A DNA stretch of 64,000 nt from Octopus bimaculoides (lineage: Eukaryota): assembly GCF_001194135.2 (NCBI RefSeq), contig NC_068992.1:66450851-66514850 (forward strand), read 5' to 3'. Positions within the stretch are counted from its first letter, which is position 1; every line of letters starts with the position of its first letter. The notes below the pieces were generated by a model. The model worked only from the letters and a program-made list of their open reading frames with translations. It had not been told where the DNA came from and searched no databases. A program made the position numbers and the translations under genes. Positions 1-11,897 of the stretch are shown here, piece after piece.

Positions 1-579
1 AATTCTATTTTCAGATATCCTCTGATTCTACATTCTGTTACCTCATGCAATGTTTGATGTCATATTTCACTTTGTAGCAAGTTTCTTCCATTTTGTGTGG
101 TCTAAAGAATCACACACACACATGTATACACACATATACACATGTGCGCACACATGGTTTCTACACTTCTAAACTTTAAGTTATATATCAGTAGATTAGT
201 TTTTTTCTATATCTTCAAATGTCTATTTTTGGGGTTTTGTTTTTATCTTTGATAAGAAACTTAGCCATTCCTACTTATGAAATTTAGGGTTTTTTAAATT
301 CTGAATCTGATTCTTAGCAAAAACGAAAAGTCAAACTAAAACAGAGTAGATCATTGTGATGTATATTATCATCATTGTTGTTTCACTGTCCCCTTTTCCA
401 TGCTTGCAGGAGTCGGATGGAATTGGTTGAGGCAGCCTGTCACTAGCCCTTAATTCTTTTAAAGCAAGGTGATAATTTCCCCATGGGCCAGACATGGTTT
501 CTATGGAAGACTGGAAACAAACAATCTCACTTGTATGATGGTGATGCTCTTTTACAATCATCAGATGATGTAAAAACAA

Positions 580-597
580 GTGTGTGTGTGTGTGTGT

Positions 598-677
<80 letters not shown>
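580..677. repeat. Abutting (GT)n and (CA)n microsatellites
   Basis: Read directly. Confidence 0.95.
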
Positions 678-679
<2 letters not shown>

Positions 680-697
680 TGGATGATGATGATTAAG

Positions 698-840
698 CTT
701 CTTTCAGTTTCCATTTTGCCAAGTCCATTCACAAGTCTTTGGTTGGTCTCCGGCTATAGTAGAAGACCTTTGTCCAAGGTGCCATACAGTGGGACTGAAC
801 TCCGGACAACATGGCTGGGAACCAAGTTGGACTCAGGTTT
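698..840 (-). mobile_element. tRNA-headed SINE, family B (head/core)
   Basis: gcttctttcagtttcc..ggctatagtagaagac..ccaaggtgcc..cagtgggactgaac; abuts (CA)n. Confidence 0.75.
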
Positions 841-1084
841 TTGAGTGCGATGATGTTGTTAAACCTCCGTTAACAGTACCGTATGCAGGTCCTTTACGTT
901 TTCTTTGACGCACAGGTAAATTTTTCACTATAGACCTTAATGGTTGTAAAGACACTATATCAGTGGATAGACTAAAAAAGGCCTTCATAGAGAAAACTGT
1001 CCCTGTTCCCACTGCAGACAACACACACACACACACAGCATTACAAACATGGCCCATACACTCACCTTTACATTCCATGACTAC

Positions 1085-1310
1085 CATTGGGATCGATCAG
1101 GCATCGGACAAGGATTCTGGATTACTTTTCTGTATTTTTTTTTACTTAAGTTTTGAGAGCGGTCAGATTCATTTTTAGTATTCTCACTTGTGAGAGCAGT
1201 CGAGTTTATTTCAGATATTCTCATTTTAAAAATCATCTTTGGCTAATCATTTAGAAGATGTTGGTGTTGCCTTGGCAGAGTTTTGTGCTCCTTGAGTGCT
1301 CTTGTTCTTC
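1085..1310 (-). mobile_element. Unclassified interspersed repeat, family F; its terminus aacaagagcactcagagagtgcaaac recurs at 19030-19054 (+)
   Basis: The reverse of 1270-1310 (aacaagagcactcaaggagcacaaaac) matches 19030-19054. Confidence 0.4.
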
Positions 1311-1613
1311 ATTGTTTCCATTGACCTAATTGCAAGGAATTAGGTACCAGATCACATACCCTAGAAATCCTTCTTTATAGTTTAAGTGGCATTTTCATTC
1401 TGAGTTCAAATCTTGCCAAATTTAACTTCACCTCAAATCCTTCTTGATTCTTTTCTTTCACACTTGCTCTCATTTCTACTGCTTTATGAGAAGGTCATTG
1501 ATGGACTATTTCGTGCCCTCTGCCTTCATGAATTCGAGGAAAATGCAATGAGAGCTGAGAGCTTCTCCTTTACAGAAACAAGAGGTGGTGAGTATGAATG
1601 AGCCAATGTGTTG

Positions 1614-1766
1614 CAGAATGGTATGGAACAGAATGGTATGGAACAGAATGGTATGGAACAGAATGGTATGGAACAGAATGGTATGGAACAGAATGGTATG
1701 GAACAGAATGGTATGGAACAGAATGGTATGGAACAGAATGGTATGGAACAGAATGGTATGGAACAG
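1614..1766. repeat. Perfect 15-bp tandem repeat (CAGAATGGTATGGAA) x ~10.2
   Basis: Read directly; no mismatches seen. Confidence 0.95.
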
Positions 1767-2511
1767 TTTTAGACATCAGCAACTGTACAGTGCTGATCAT
1801 TCCTGAAGAATAATAAATGGATGTTTGCATATCGAAGATGAGTCAGTACAGCATTTTGGTTCTTGTTTCCATTCATCCTTTAATGAATGCCTAAAGGATA
1901 AAATAAACAAATGTAAATAGAACTGAAAATACAAAATATATATAAGTAGTATTTCCCAGCAGCAGTGTTAATAGTAGTTGCCTTATTTTATCAATGGCAG
2001 CTGTTTCATTAGAGTAGGTGTGTGTGTTTAAGTTACCTATAAATTACTCTATGATCTTGACCTACACAGCTTACTACATTGACTGAAAACTAGAAACTCC
2101 TGCTGACTGATGACTAAGAGCAGCAGAACAAATAAATATAACAACAACAACAACAATAACATTTGTCTTATTCTATGAAGAGGAAGGAGAACCAATTTTG
2201 ACTTGATGTTTCTAGCCAAAAATTAGCATCTCCAACCTTGAAACCTATGTTTCAATGGCAGCTTCTATTTGCTACCGTTTTTTCTTTCTTGGGCTCTCTG
2301 CCAGACTTCACTATCATTCTGGTTTACAGGAATTCTTCACTAGTCTGATTCCTTTCACTACTACAGACCTATGTTATTACTTCTCTGATTGCTTGTACAT
2401 TAATGCTTTCACACACACACACACACACACGATACATGTACATAGAGAATATATACTATTGCTCTATGATTATACATTAATGCCTTGTCTCTCTTTCTTT
2501 TTCCCCATATA

Positions 2512-3295
2512 CAGGATGCAGTGAATTGTTGTCTAAATATTGTCTAAATTATATAAAAATGAAAATTACACTGACATCTCATTTTAACAGATGTATTTAC
2601 CAAAATTCCATTAAAATATTGTGAAATACTAAAGAGTAAATTTATTCAATAAAATCGCCATTGGCTTCAACTACAGCCTCCAGATGATTCTGGAATCTCC
2701 TGTAACTCTTCTGAATGGTCTCCTTGTTTAAGCTGGTCAATGCTGCCATAATCTTTGCCTTCAGTTCATCTTTGGTGTTACAAGGAGTTTTGTTGGTCTC
2801 TCACTCAACTGCATCCCACATATAATAATCAAGGGGGTTGCAGTNNNNNNNNNNCTCTCACTCAACTGCATCCCACATATAATAATCAAGGGGGTTGCAG
2901 TCTGGGGAGTTAGGTGGCCAGATGTTAGGGGTGATGTGGTTGCAGAAATTGTCTGACAGCCATGGTAGGCCTCTCCTGGTTGTGTGGCATGGTGCAGGGT
3001 CTGTTGCCAGACATAGGGTCTTCCAGCAGGCCACTCTCTTGACCCAGGGCAACACTACCTCCTCCAGGCACTTGATGTAGGCCTCCACGTTGAGTTTAAG
3101 ACCGTGTGGGAACATGAATGGAGGCATAATGTCACCATTGCTCATGATCACCCCAAACACCATGATGTTGACTGGATGCTGGATTTTTTATCACTCTTGG
3201 TACATGTCCTCAGATCGACTCACAAACACTCTGAAATGTTCGTATTGGAACTTCTGGCATGAATGTCAAGCAGTACAATATGCCATTTCCAAATT
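2512..3295 (-). mobile_element. maT/DD37D-type Tc1/mariner element, internally deleted and decayed
   Basis: Minus strand reads HPVNIMVFGV..PPFMFPHGLKLNVEAYIKCLEEVVLPW..APCHT..WPPNSPDCNPLDYYMWDAVE*ETNKTPCNTKDELKAKI..VVEANGDFIE* (stop 2642-2644). Terminus TA|CAGG at 2510-2515. An N-terminal piece (KWHIVLLDIHARSSNTNISECL) is joined directly to the catalytic part. Confidence 0.85.
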
Positions 3296-3299
3296 TATT

Positions 3300-3586
3300 C
3301 TATCGTTCTCTTTTGCCGAACCACTATGTTAAGGGTACGTAAACACACCACCATCGGTTGTCAAGTGATGTTGGGGGAACAAACACAGACACACAAACAT
3401 ATACACACACACACATATATATATATATGCATATGTACGACAGGCTTCTTTCAGTTTCCTTCTCATGAGGCTTTGGTCGGCCTGAGGCTATAGTAGAAGA
3501 CACTTGCTTAAGGTGCCACGCAGTGGGACTGAACCCGGAACCATGAGGTTGGTAAGCAAGCTACTTACCCCACAGCCACACCTGCA

Positions 3587-3590
<4 letters not shown>
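3300..3590 (-). mobile_element. SINE family B with internal microsatellite and part of tail type 1
   Basis: Well-preserved head; the reverse strand has TGGCTGTGGGGT (A-box-like) and GGTTCAGTCCC (B-box-like). Confidence 0.8.
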
Positions 3591-3644
<54 letters not shown>

Positions 3645-4656
3645 ACACATACCGTAGTGTATACAAAATATATACTACTGATGTAGGGTTGTTTAAAACA
3701 TGACTGCTTTGTCAGTTTGGTCTCTATTTGTCTCAGCTAAGAAACTTCTCTTTTGAATGCAAAGCAGGATGTAGTTATTTATGTTATGGTAAATGTATAT
3801 CAATCATAATTATTTTCCTGGAATATACTGAGTAGGGATTAATTCCTGTAGTATGAAGTATACCCCTGGGTTCATTATACACACATACATACATATATTT
3901 ATTTATATATACAGCAACATGAATAAGAGGAAGATTTTATGAATGGTTACTGAAGATAAAAACAAGAATTTAAAAGAAATGCCTGTTAATATTCCATTCA
4001 ATTCTCAGTAACTTGGTGTTTCCAAATGAAATAAATTTTGTCGTTAACTCGTAATTCCTAATTTACTAGTAGTTTCTGGTATAGTGCCTTGTTTGATAAG
4101 TAGTGATGCTGTTAGTGTGAAATTACTGAGTCAACATCTTTACTTCCTTTGGCTTTCAATGACTCACAGCTTCTCAAATAAAATAAGATTGTCTGCTACC
4201 ATTGTCATCACCATTTCATACAACCCTGGAATCGTCCATTCCACATAGATTGTAGAAGAAAAGAGAAAAAAAACATTTTTTTTAAAGATCCACACACACN
4301 NNNNNNNNNCAAACAGTTTGGTAAATTAGAAAAAGAAAATGAATTATATCAACAGCTAATTGGAAAGATGTTCAATCCTTTTGATACCAGCCTGAGATTA
4401 TCCCTATTTCTGTGATATAAACTTCTTGTTTCAAAGGGATCAAGGTCTAAATTAAAACCTCTCAAAGTTTCATGGTAATTTAAATTCCAAACACCAAGTT
4501 AATAATGTCAAAATTAATTGAAACAAAGGTAGTATATGTATTTCAACAGAAAAATGGTAAGAAAAGGGTTATGTCTAGAAAACTAACAAGCCATAAGATT
4601 TGATATGCAGGCAAAGATAATTAATTGATAACCATTATTATTATGATAATTATTAT

Positions 4657-4870
4657 GGCAGTGAGTTGTCAGAGTTGGACAAAATGCTTAGCAGCATTTC
4701 ACCCAGTTTTACATTCTGAGTTCAAATTCTGCTAAGGTTGATTTTGTCTTTCATCCTTTCAGGGTTAATAAAATAAGCACCAGTCAATTACTGGAGTTAA
4801 TGTCATCAACTAACCCCTCCCCTAAAATTTCAGGCCTTGTGCCTATAGTTGAAAGGATTATTATTATTAC
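4657..4870 (+). mobile_element. tRNA-headed SINE, family A
   Basis: ctgagttcaaatt B-box-like motif; ctttcatcctttcaggg core; ggccttgtgcc..gaaagg(att)n tail; homologous to many other copies in the window. Confidence 0.75.
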
Positions 4871-6214
4871 TATTTCTGTTGTTAAGTATGGTAGACAACT
4901 CCAGGCATGTTTCAGACTTTGTGGATCTCTTCAGCAGAAGTACTGTCTTTGAAACATCTGGGATCAAATTGTTAAATTAGCATATAAGTATATTTGTTGT
5001 AATGGAATGAGAAACCTAATTATATTATACATCAATGTCTTTATAAGACATTAGAAGTCACTGCAAAATTTTGTGCTTGAAATAAGTTTGTTTTGAAAGT
5101 GTCTTTATCTGGGTTTTAGTCCTGACATGCCCCTTTCAGTTTAGCACTACTAACTGGTCATTGGATGCCTGTAGCAGAATTTGCACAATATGTAAGAATT
5201 CAGACCTGACCTTTGTTCCCTCCATCTTCATGTTCATTCTGGTGGAGGACCATTGACCACATCAATTTCACCAATTTGAGGAGGTCATGAGCACTTCATA
5301 TCCTTCTTGACTAACTTATATATAAAATTTCAGGAAAAGAAAATGAATGAAATTAATTTTTGAAAATATGAAGAAGTTGAATATATTTTGCAACTTCATT
5401 TACTTGTTGCCTCTCATTCTCAGATCAACCCGTACTGATCATACCTTTGATCAAAGACATTCCAGCCATGATCATCTTGTCTTTTCAGGTGGGCTGGGGT
5501 TCTAGAACACCATTATCTGATGCAGTCTTCCTGTTCTTAAGACTGTATGGTGAGATTGGATGGCAATTTGGCTATTATTTCTAGCAATCAAGCAAGCATG
5601 TAAAGCTTCTTTGTTGGCTTCATTTATTTTAGAAAATAATTTATTTAAGACTTATTTTTGGTCTTGGCATTGTTATTTGAAGTTGTTTAAAATTAGTCTA
5701 TTGAAATGTTTGTAAAGGAACAAAACATCACATGTCCTATTGCCAAACATTTCCATTTACAATGGAATAAATCAAATGGAGTTTTTATGCAGTCACTAGA
5801 AAGAACAGCCAAATCTCTATATATCACACCTTTCTACCATAAAAAAAGGGACACATTGAAGAATGTAGTCCTAGATATACTAAAAGGAAGTGGCCAAGCC
5901 TGGAATACCTTTGAACAGGTTTGTTAGATGGTGGCTGACTGGTAGCTGTACAACAACTTACACTGCAAGTATCAAAGATGACAATGCTAACCACAATCCC
6001 TTGTGAAACTTTTGGCACAGAATTCTGGGCAGCAAAACAAAGAACCAGGAGCTGTTATTGATATGTTTGAAACTCTATAAAGATGAGTAGAGAGCAAGGA
6101 AGGGAGAAAGAGATACAAAGAGATGTTCTTGACTTATGGTTGACACAGGAATAGCTTGTTTTGATGCTGGTAGATGAAAATTGAATAATTATGTATATCT
6201 GAAGATACCTCTTG

Positions 6215-6325
6215 TGGCTCTTCACATTCTGAGTTCAAATCCTATTGATGTTAACTTTGCTCTTCATCCTTCTGGGTCATTAAAATTAGGTGCCGGTCAC
6301 GTACTGAGACCTATTTAATTGACTG
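6215..6325 (+). mobile_element. SINE family A fragment (similar fragments at ~14960-15065 +, ~36825-36945 +, ~39235-39385 -)
   Basis: cattctgagttcaaatcc..ctttgctcttcatcc. Confidence 0.55.
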
Positions 6326-8226
6326 CTGAACTTTACAAACGTACAACGGGTGGCAAGTATGACATAACTGAGCCCAAATTTGTTTCCAGTGGTGGGGCTC
6401 TGGTGATGCATCAGCTGCAATAACATTGCTGTCATATCAGTGTTACTAATCTAGCTTTAACATCTATATTACTGCAATATAAATACCCCGACCACACACA
6501 CACACATTTATTTCATTCATACATACACCACACTCTCCCTAAAAATGGATAGCATGAACAAAAAGTATCCAAAAATAATCTATATTTTTTTGTTTTTCAC
6601 AAATGGTCAATAATGCTAAGATACAAAAGTTTGAAAATATTTATATCACATTTTGAGGATACTTAGTAGTATATTAACAAATTAAAGTCTTAGCAGCTAT
6701 GAAACATCAACTTGTCTATCTGAGTAAAATATATCAAAACCTCTGTGTGTCTGGTCTTTTATGTTAAATCAACTCTTGTAGTCCACCTTTACTATAAAAC
6801 TATCAATACAAATCCTATGGTAAGTTTGAGGTTCTAGATTTGTAATGTATTTCGAAATATAGGGGACTAGAATTTTATTATTTGAAGATTTAGCATTCTT
6901 CCAAACTCCAGAATCTCTGAATTGGAAAGTTCTATTTCTGCAAAAGTAATTTTCTAGAGAATTTTAGAGTTGCACTTGTTTGGCAAGTGATTTTGTTTTT
7001 TCCATGATGTAATTACTATAGAAATATTTCAGAAATACAGGATGTTGAGTTTCATTCAGCTTTATATTATATAATTACTCTTAATTATGGGGATATAATG
7101 AGGATTATTAAAAGATTAATTATAAGTTTGGGTTTAACCCTTTTGTTACTATATTTCTGTTGAAATATACCAACTTTATTTCAATTAATTTTTCATGTAA
7201 GAGTTTCGTTCGTCAATGCAAACTAATGAAGCGCTGACCATCTCTAAAATCTGGTTTACAGTGAGTTGTCCCTGTGCTTATAACACCTGGTTTGCAGTGA
7301 GTTGAACATTTAAGTGTTGCTGCACAGTTCTTTCATGAATTCGATGAAAAGAGAAACATGTCACTACTCTCTTCATAATTCAGTAAAACTCTATTAAAAC
7401 TTGATCTTTTTCCAAAATAAACAAGGCTCAAAAAGTTATTCTGAAAGCCCTTTCTACATTAATGAAGCACTGTAATTAAGCTGGTTGTTGCTGATTAATG
7501 ATACCATGGAGATGTTTGGGAATTTTGTAATTAACTATTAAATGGAAACACTTATGAAAATAAAAATATGAGTTAGTTTCAATTTGTCTTATAGTGAGAG
7601 GTCAGTGGGTAAAAAAATACATATTCTTGTCCCCTGCTTTAGTTTCTGCTTTAATCTAGTCAACATCTGTTGTTAGTGTGTTGTTTTCTAACTCTTTCTA
7701 ATCCCCTTTTGTGGACTGAGTCATGCCACTCTTTCACAGAATGGCAACCAGTGCAGTTGGCAGTCTGTGCTTCACCCCCTGTATTTGAGTTCAAATGTCA
7801 CAAGAATTAGTGGTGGTGGGAATGTATTCTCCCTCCATTTCATTTACAGATATATGCATTTATATTTGCATTGATGTGTGAATAGCATATTAAATTACAT
7901 ACACATGTTTCTTATATACGTCTGGATGCAAATATAAAACACATGTATAAGAAATCTCTCTCTTGCTCTCATACACACACACACAGGTATACATATATAC
8001 ATCTAACTACATACACACACAACCAGAGGGTGTATAAAATAATTTTTTGATATATATATATATATTTAGTATTGCATTAAAATAATTTTGCAGTTATAAA
8101 CTTTATAAACCTCTTGAGAAAATTTGCATTTGTGACAAGTGAAAGATCACAGTTTTGACTTTGTTAGATCTTATTCAGCTTTTGAATATTTACAAATCAT
8201 AACCATTCATGCATACTGTCTTAACG

Positions 8227-8268
<42 letters not shown>

Positions 8269-8384
8269 GTGTGTGTGTGTGTGCGCGCGCATTCAAATTT
8301 TACCAGCTGTAAATGGAAATAGGAACAGTGTACTCAATATGTGGTACTGAGTGTATATTGTCTATTTAAACTCAGTCCTTTCTT

Positions 8385-9836
8385 TCATGAGTCGATCTTT
8401 CCCCCTGCCATTGATCATGAGTCGATCTTTCCCCCTGCCATTGATCATGAGTCGATCTTNNNNNNNNNNNNNNNNNNNNNNNNNNNNNNNNNNNNNNNNN
8501 NNNNNNNNNNNNNNNNNNNNNNNNNNNNNNNNNNNNNNNNNNNNNNNNNNNNNNNNNNNNNNNNNNNNNNNNNNNNNNNNNNNNNNNNNNNNNNNNNNNN
8601 NNNNNNNNNNNNNNNNNNNNNNNNNNNNNNNNNNNNNNNNNNNNNNNNNNNNNNNNNNNNNNNNNNNNNNNNNNNNNNNNNNNNNNNNNNNNNNNNNNNN
8701 NNNNNNNNNNNNNNNNNNNNNNNNNNNNNNNNNNNNNNNNNNNNNNNNNNNNNNNNNNNNNNNNNNNNNNNNNNNNNNNNNNNNNNNNNNNNNNNNNNNN
8801 NNNNNNNNNNNNNNNNNNNNNNNNNNNNNNNNNNNNNNNNNNNNNNNNNNNNNNNNNNNNNNNNNNNNNNNNNNNNNNNNNNNNNNNNNNNNNNNNNNNN
8901 NNNNNNNNNNNNNNNNNNNNNNNNNNNNNNNNNNNNNNNNNNNNNNNNNNNNNNNNNNNNNNNNNNNNNNNNNNNNNNNNNNNNNNNNNNNNNNNNNNNN
9001 NNNNNNNNNNNNNNNNNNNNNNNNNNNNNNNNNNNNNNNNNNNNNNNNNNNNNNNNNNNNNNNNNNNNNNNNNNNNNNNNNNNNNNNNNNNNNNNNNNNN
9101 NNNNNNNNNNNNNNNNNNNNNNNNNNNNNNNNNNNNNNNNNNNNNNNNNNNNNNNNNNNNNNNNNNNNNNNNNNNNNNNNNNNNNNNNNNNNNNNNNNNN
9201 NNNNNNNNNNNNNNNNNNNNNNNNNNNNNNNNNNNNNNNNNNNNNNNNNNNNNNCCTGCCATTGATCATGAGTCGATCTTTGCCCCTGCCATTGATCATG
9301 AGTCGATCTTTGCCCCTGCCATTGATCATGAGTCGATCTTTGCCCCTGCCATTGATCATGAGTCGATCTTTGCCCCTGCCATTAATCATGAGTCAACCTT
9401 TGCCCCTGGCATTGATCATGAGTCAATCTTTCCCCCTGGCATTGATCATGAGTCAACCTTTGCCCCTGCCATTGATCATGAGTCAACCTTAGCCCCTGCC
9501 ATTAATCATGAGTCAATCTTTCCCCCTGCCATTGATCATGAGTTGATCTTTCCCCCTGCCATTAATCATGAGTCAACCTTTGCCCCTGCCATTGATCATG
9601 AGTCGATCTTTGCCCCTGCCATTGATCATGAGTCGATCTTTGCCCCTGCCATTGATTATGAGTCGATCTTTGCGCCTGCCATTGATCATGAGTCGATCTT
9701 TCCCCCTGCCATTGATCATGAGTCGATCTTTGCCCCTGCCATTGATCATGAGTCGATCTTTGCCCCTGCCATTGATCATGAGTCAATCTTTCCTCCTGCC
9801 ATTGATCATGAGTCAACCTTTGCCCCTGCCATTGAT
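8385..9836. repeat. 30-bp minisatellite, consensus GAGTCGATCTTTGCCCCTGCCATTGATCAT; interrupted by a gap and probably continuing into the next one
   Basis: ~2.5 units at 8385-8459 and ~19.4 units at 9254-9836; N runs at 8460-9253 and 9837-10800. Confidence 0.95.
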
Positions 9837-10800
9837 NNNNNNNNNNNNNNNNNNNNNNNNNNNNNNNNNNNNNNNNNNNNNNNNNNNNNNNNNNNNNNNN
9901 NNNNNNNNNNNNNNNNNNNNNNNNNNNNNNNNNNNNNNNNNNNNNNNNNNNNNNNNNNNNNNNNNNNNNNNNNNNNNNNNNNNNNNNNNNNNNNNNNNNN
10001 NNNNNNNNNNNNNNNNNNNNNNNNNNNNNNNNNNNNNNNNNNNNNNNNNNNNNNNNNNNNNNNNNNNNNNNNNNNNNNNNNNNNNNNNNNNNNNNNNNNN
10101 NNNNNNNNNNNNNNNNNNNNNNNNNNNNNNNNNNNNNNNNNNNNNNNNNNNNNNNNNNNNNNNNNNNNNNNNNNNNNNNNNNNNNNNNNNNNNNNNNNNN
10201 NNNNNNNNNNNNNNNNNNNNNNNNNNNNNNNNNNNNNNNNNNNNNNNNNNNNNNNNNNNNNNNNNNNNNNNNNNNNNNNNNNNNNNNNNNNNNNNNNNNN
10301 NNNNNNNNNNNNNNNNNNNNNNNNNNNNNNNNNNNNNNNNNNNNNNNNNNNNNNNNNNNNNNNNNNNNNNNNNNNNNNNNNNNNNNNNNNNNNNNNNNNN
10401 NNNNNNNNNNNNNNNNNNNNNNNNNNNNNNNNNNNNNNNNNNNNNNNNNNNNNNNNNNNNNNNNNNNNNNNNNNNNNNNNNNNNNNNNNNNNNNNNNNNN
10501 NNNNNNNNNNNNNNNNNNNNNNNNNNNNNNNNNNNNNNNNNNNNNNNNNNNNNNNNNNNNNNNNNNNNNNNNNNNNNNNNNNNNNNNNNNNNNNNNNNNN
10601 NNNNNNNNNNNNNNNNNNNNNNNNNNNNNNNNNNNNNNNNNNNNNNNNNNNNNNNNNNNNNNNNNNNNNNNNNNNNNNNNNNNNNNNNNNNNNNNNNNNN
10701 NNNNNNNNNNNNNNNNNNNNNNNNNNNNNNNNNNNNNNNNNNNNNNNNNNNNNNNNNNNNNNNNNNNNNNNNNNNNNNNNNNNNNNNNNNNNNNNNNNNN
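8460..10800. other. Assembly gaps 8460-9253 and 9837-10800; further gaps at 2845-2854, 4300-4309, 17020-17066 and 35406-35530
   Basis: N runs. Confidence 0.99.
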
Positions 10801-10869
<69 letters not shown>

Positions 10870-11822
10870 AATGCTACTTTAATTTTTATTTTATTTCCTA
10901 TGGTAATAAGCATTAAAGAAAGACCATGTGGCAACTAAAATAACCTTTCTGATTATCTTTGAGCAAGGCTAAAAATATATTTTCCAGCATAAAGTGAACA
11001 TATGTGTAGGTATTGCCAGAGGTAATGTTTTTATAGGTGATAATATTTTTATAAGGGGCAATAATTTCTGTTGTCTGCTTCAAATATGTTTACTTGAGCA
11101 TTCATTGGGTTATCTTCCTCATTAGTATCACAACCAACTTAGTAGACTGGATACTGGTGTAATACCAAAGGTTGTATAATTTATCTGGTCTTTGATGTGT
11201 GTCTGGTGGACATAACTGAAACTAACTAGTTTACTAATTACACCTAGCTAGAAGTACCATTTAGAAGTATTGTATGTAGCCAGATGCACCCTATACATGA
11301 AGATGATACATGACAGCACTCTGCATAATAAAGTGATAGAAATTATGAATTGGAAGGGTAGATCAAGAAACCTGTTGAAATGTAGCAGTTGAAGGCAATC
11401 AGACATTATACAAAACTCCTATGTGGCAAAACAAGAGATTAGGGTTTTAAAGGATTCCTGCTCTGCAATTGTAAACCACTCCATGAATGAAGGTGTGAGA
11501 ATAGTTTCCTTCTGATGCCATTCTGTTCTTCATGAATTTTGATATTTCCAAAATTATTGTCTTTAGGTTTGTGTCTCATCATTACCTACAAAATAATAGA
11601 GATTTTGACTTACATATTTCCAGAGATAGAATATAATTAGTATTTTAAAGGGTTAAGCATTTTGGAAATGTTGGTATTAATCATTCCTCATTCTTGACAT
11701 AGTTGTCATACGTCATTGCCATTTTTTATTTTAATCCTTGGCTTTGGCACTAAAAGTTATGACTGTTTCTTCAACATTGCATGGAATTCTTGGTTTATTT
11801 TGTTTGCTTTTATGATATCTAT

Positions 11823-11897
<75 letters not shown>

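Noticed and set aside
331-844. ORFs with poly-CV/HT and the many similar ORFs across the window
   Set aside because: Dinucleotide and trinucleotide microsatellite translations.
1570-1830. ORFs (YHSVP)n, (MVWNR)n and (WYGTE)n
   Set aside because: Translations of the 15-bp tandem repeat.
5700-5930. Possible hAT transposase remnant (YTKRKWPSL resembling the VRWLS motif)
   Set aside because: Similarity too slight to support without an alignment.
7251-7305. 18-bp direct repeat ctggttt(a/g)cagtgagttg
   Set aside because: Two copies only; most simply a small local duplication.
7338-7370. ttcgatgaaaagagaaacatgtc as a hammerhead
   Set aside because: CUGA core broken, no stem II, and no stem I partner.
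8385-9836. 30-bp repeat as a CRISPR array
   Set aside because: Units are contiguous with no unique spacers, there are no cas genes, and the context is eukaryotic.
8341-10938. Long ORFs (300-450 aa) such as (HESIFAPAID)n and (LPLIMSRSLP)n
   Set aside because: Produced by a stop-free 30-bp repeat plus N runs, open in several frames on both strands, with no splice or start context.
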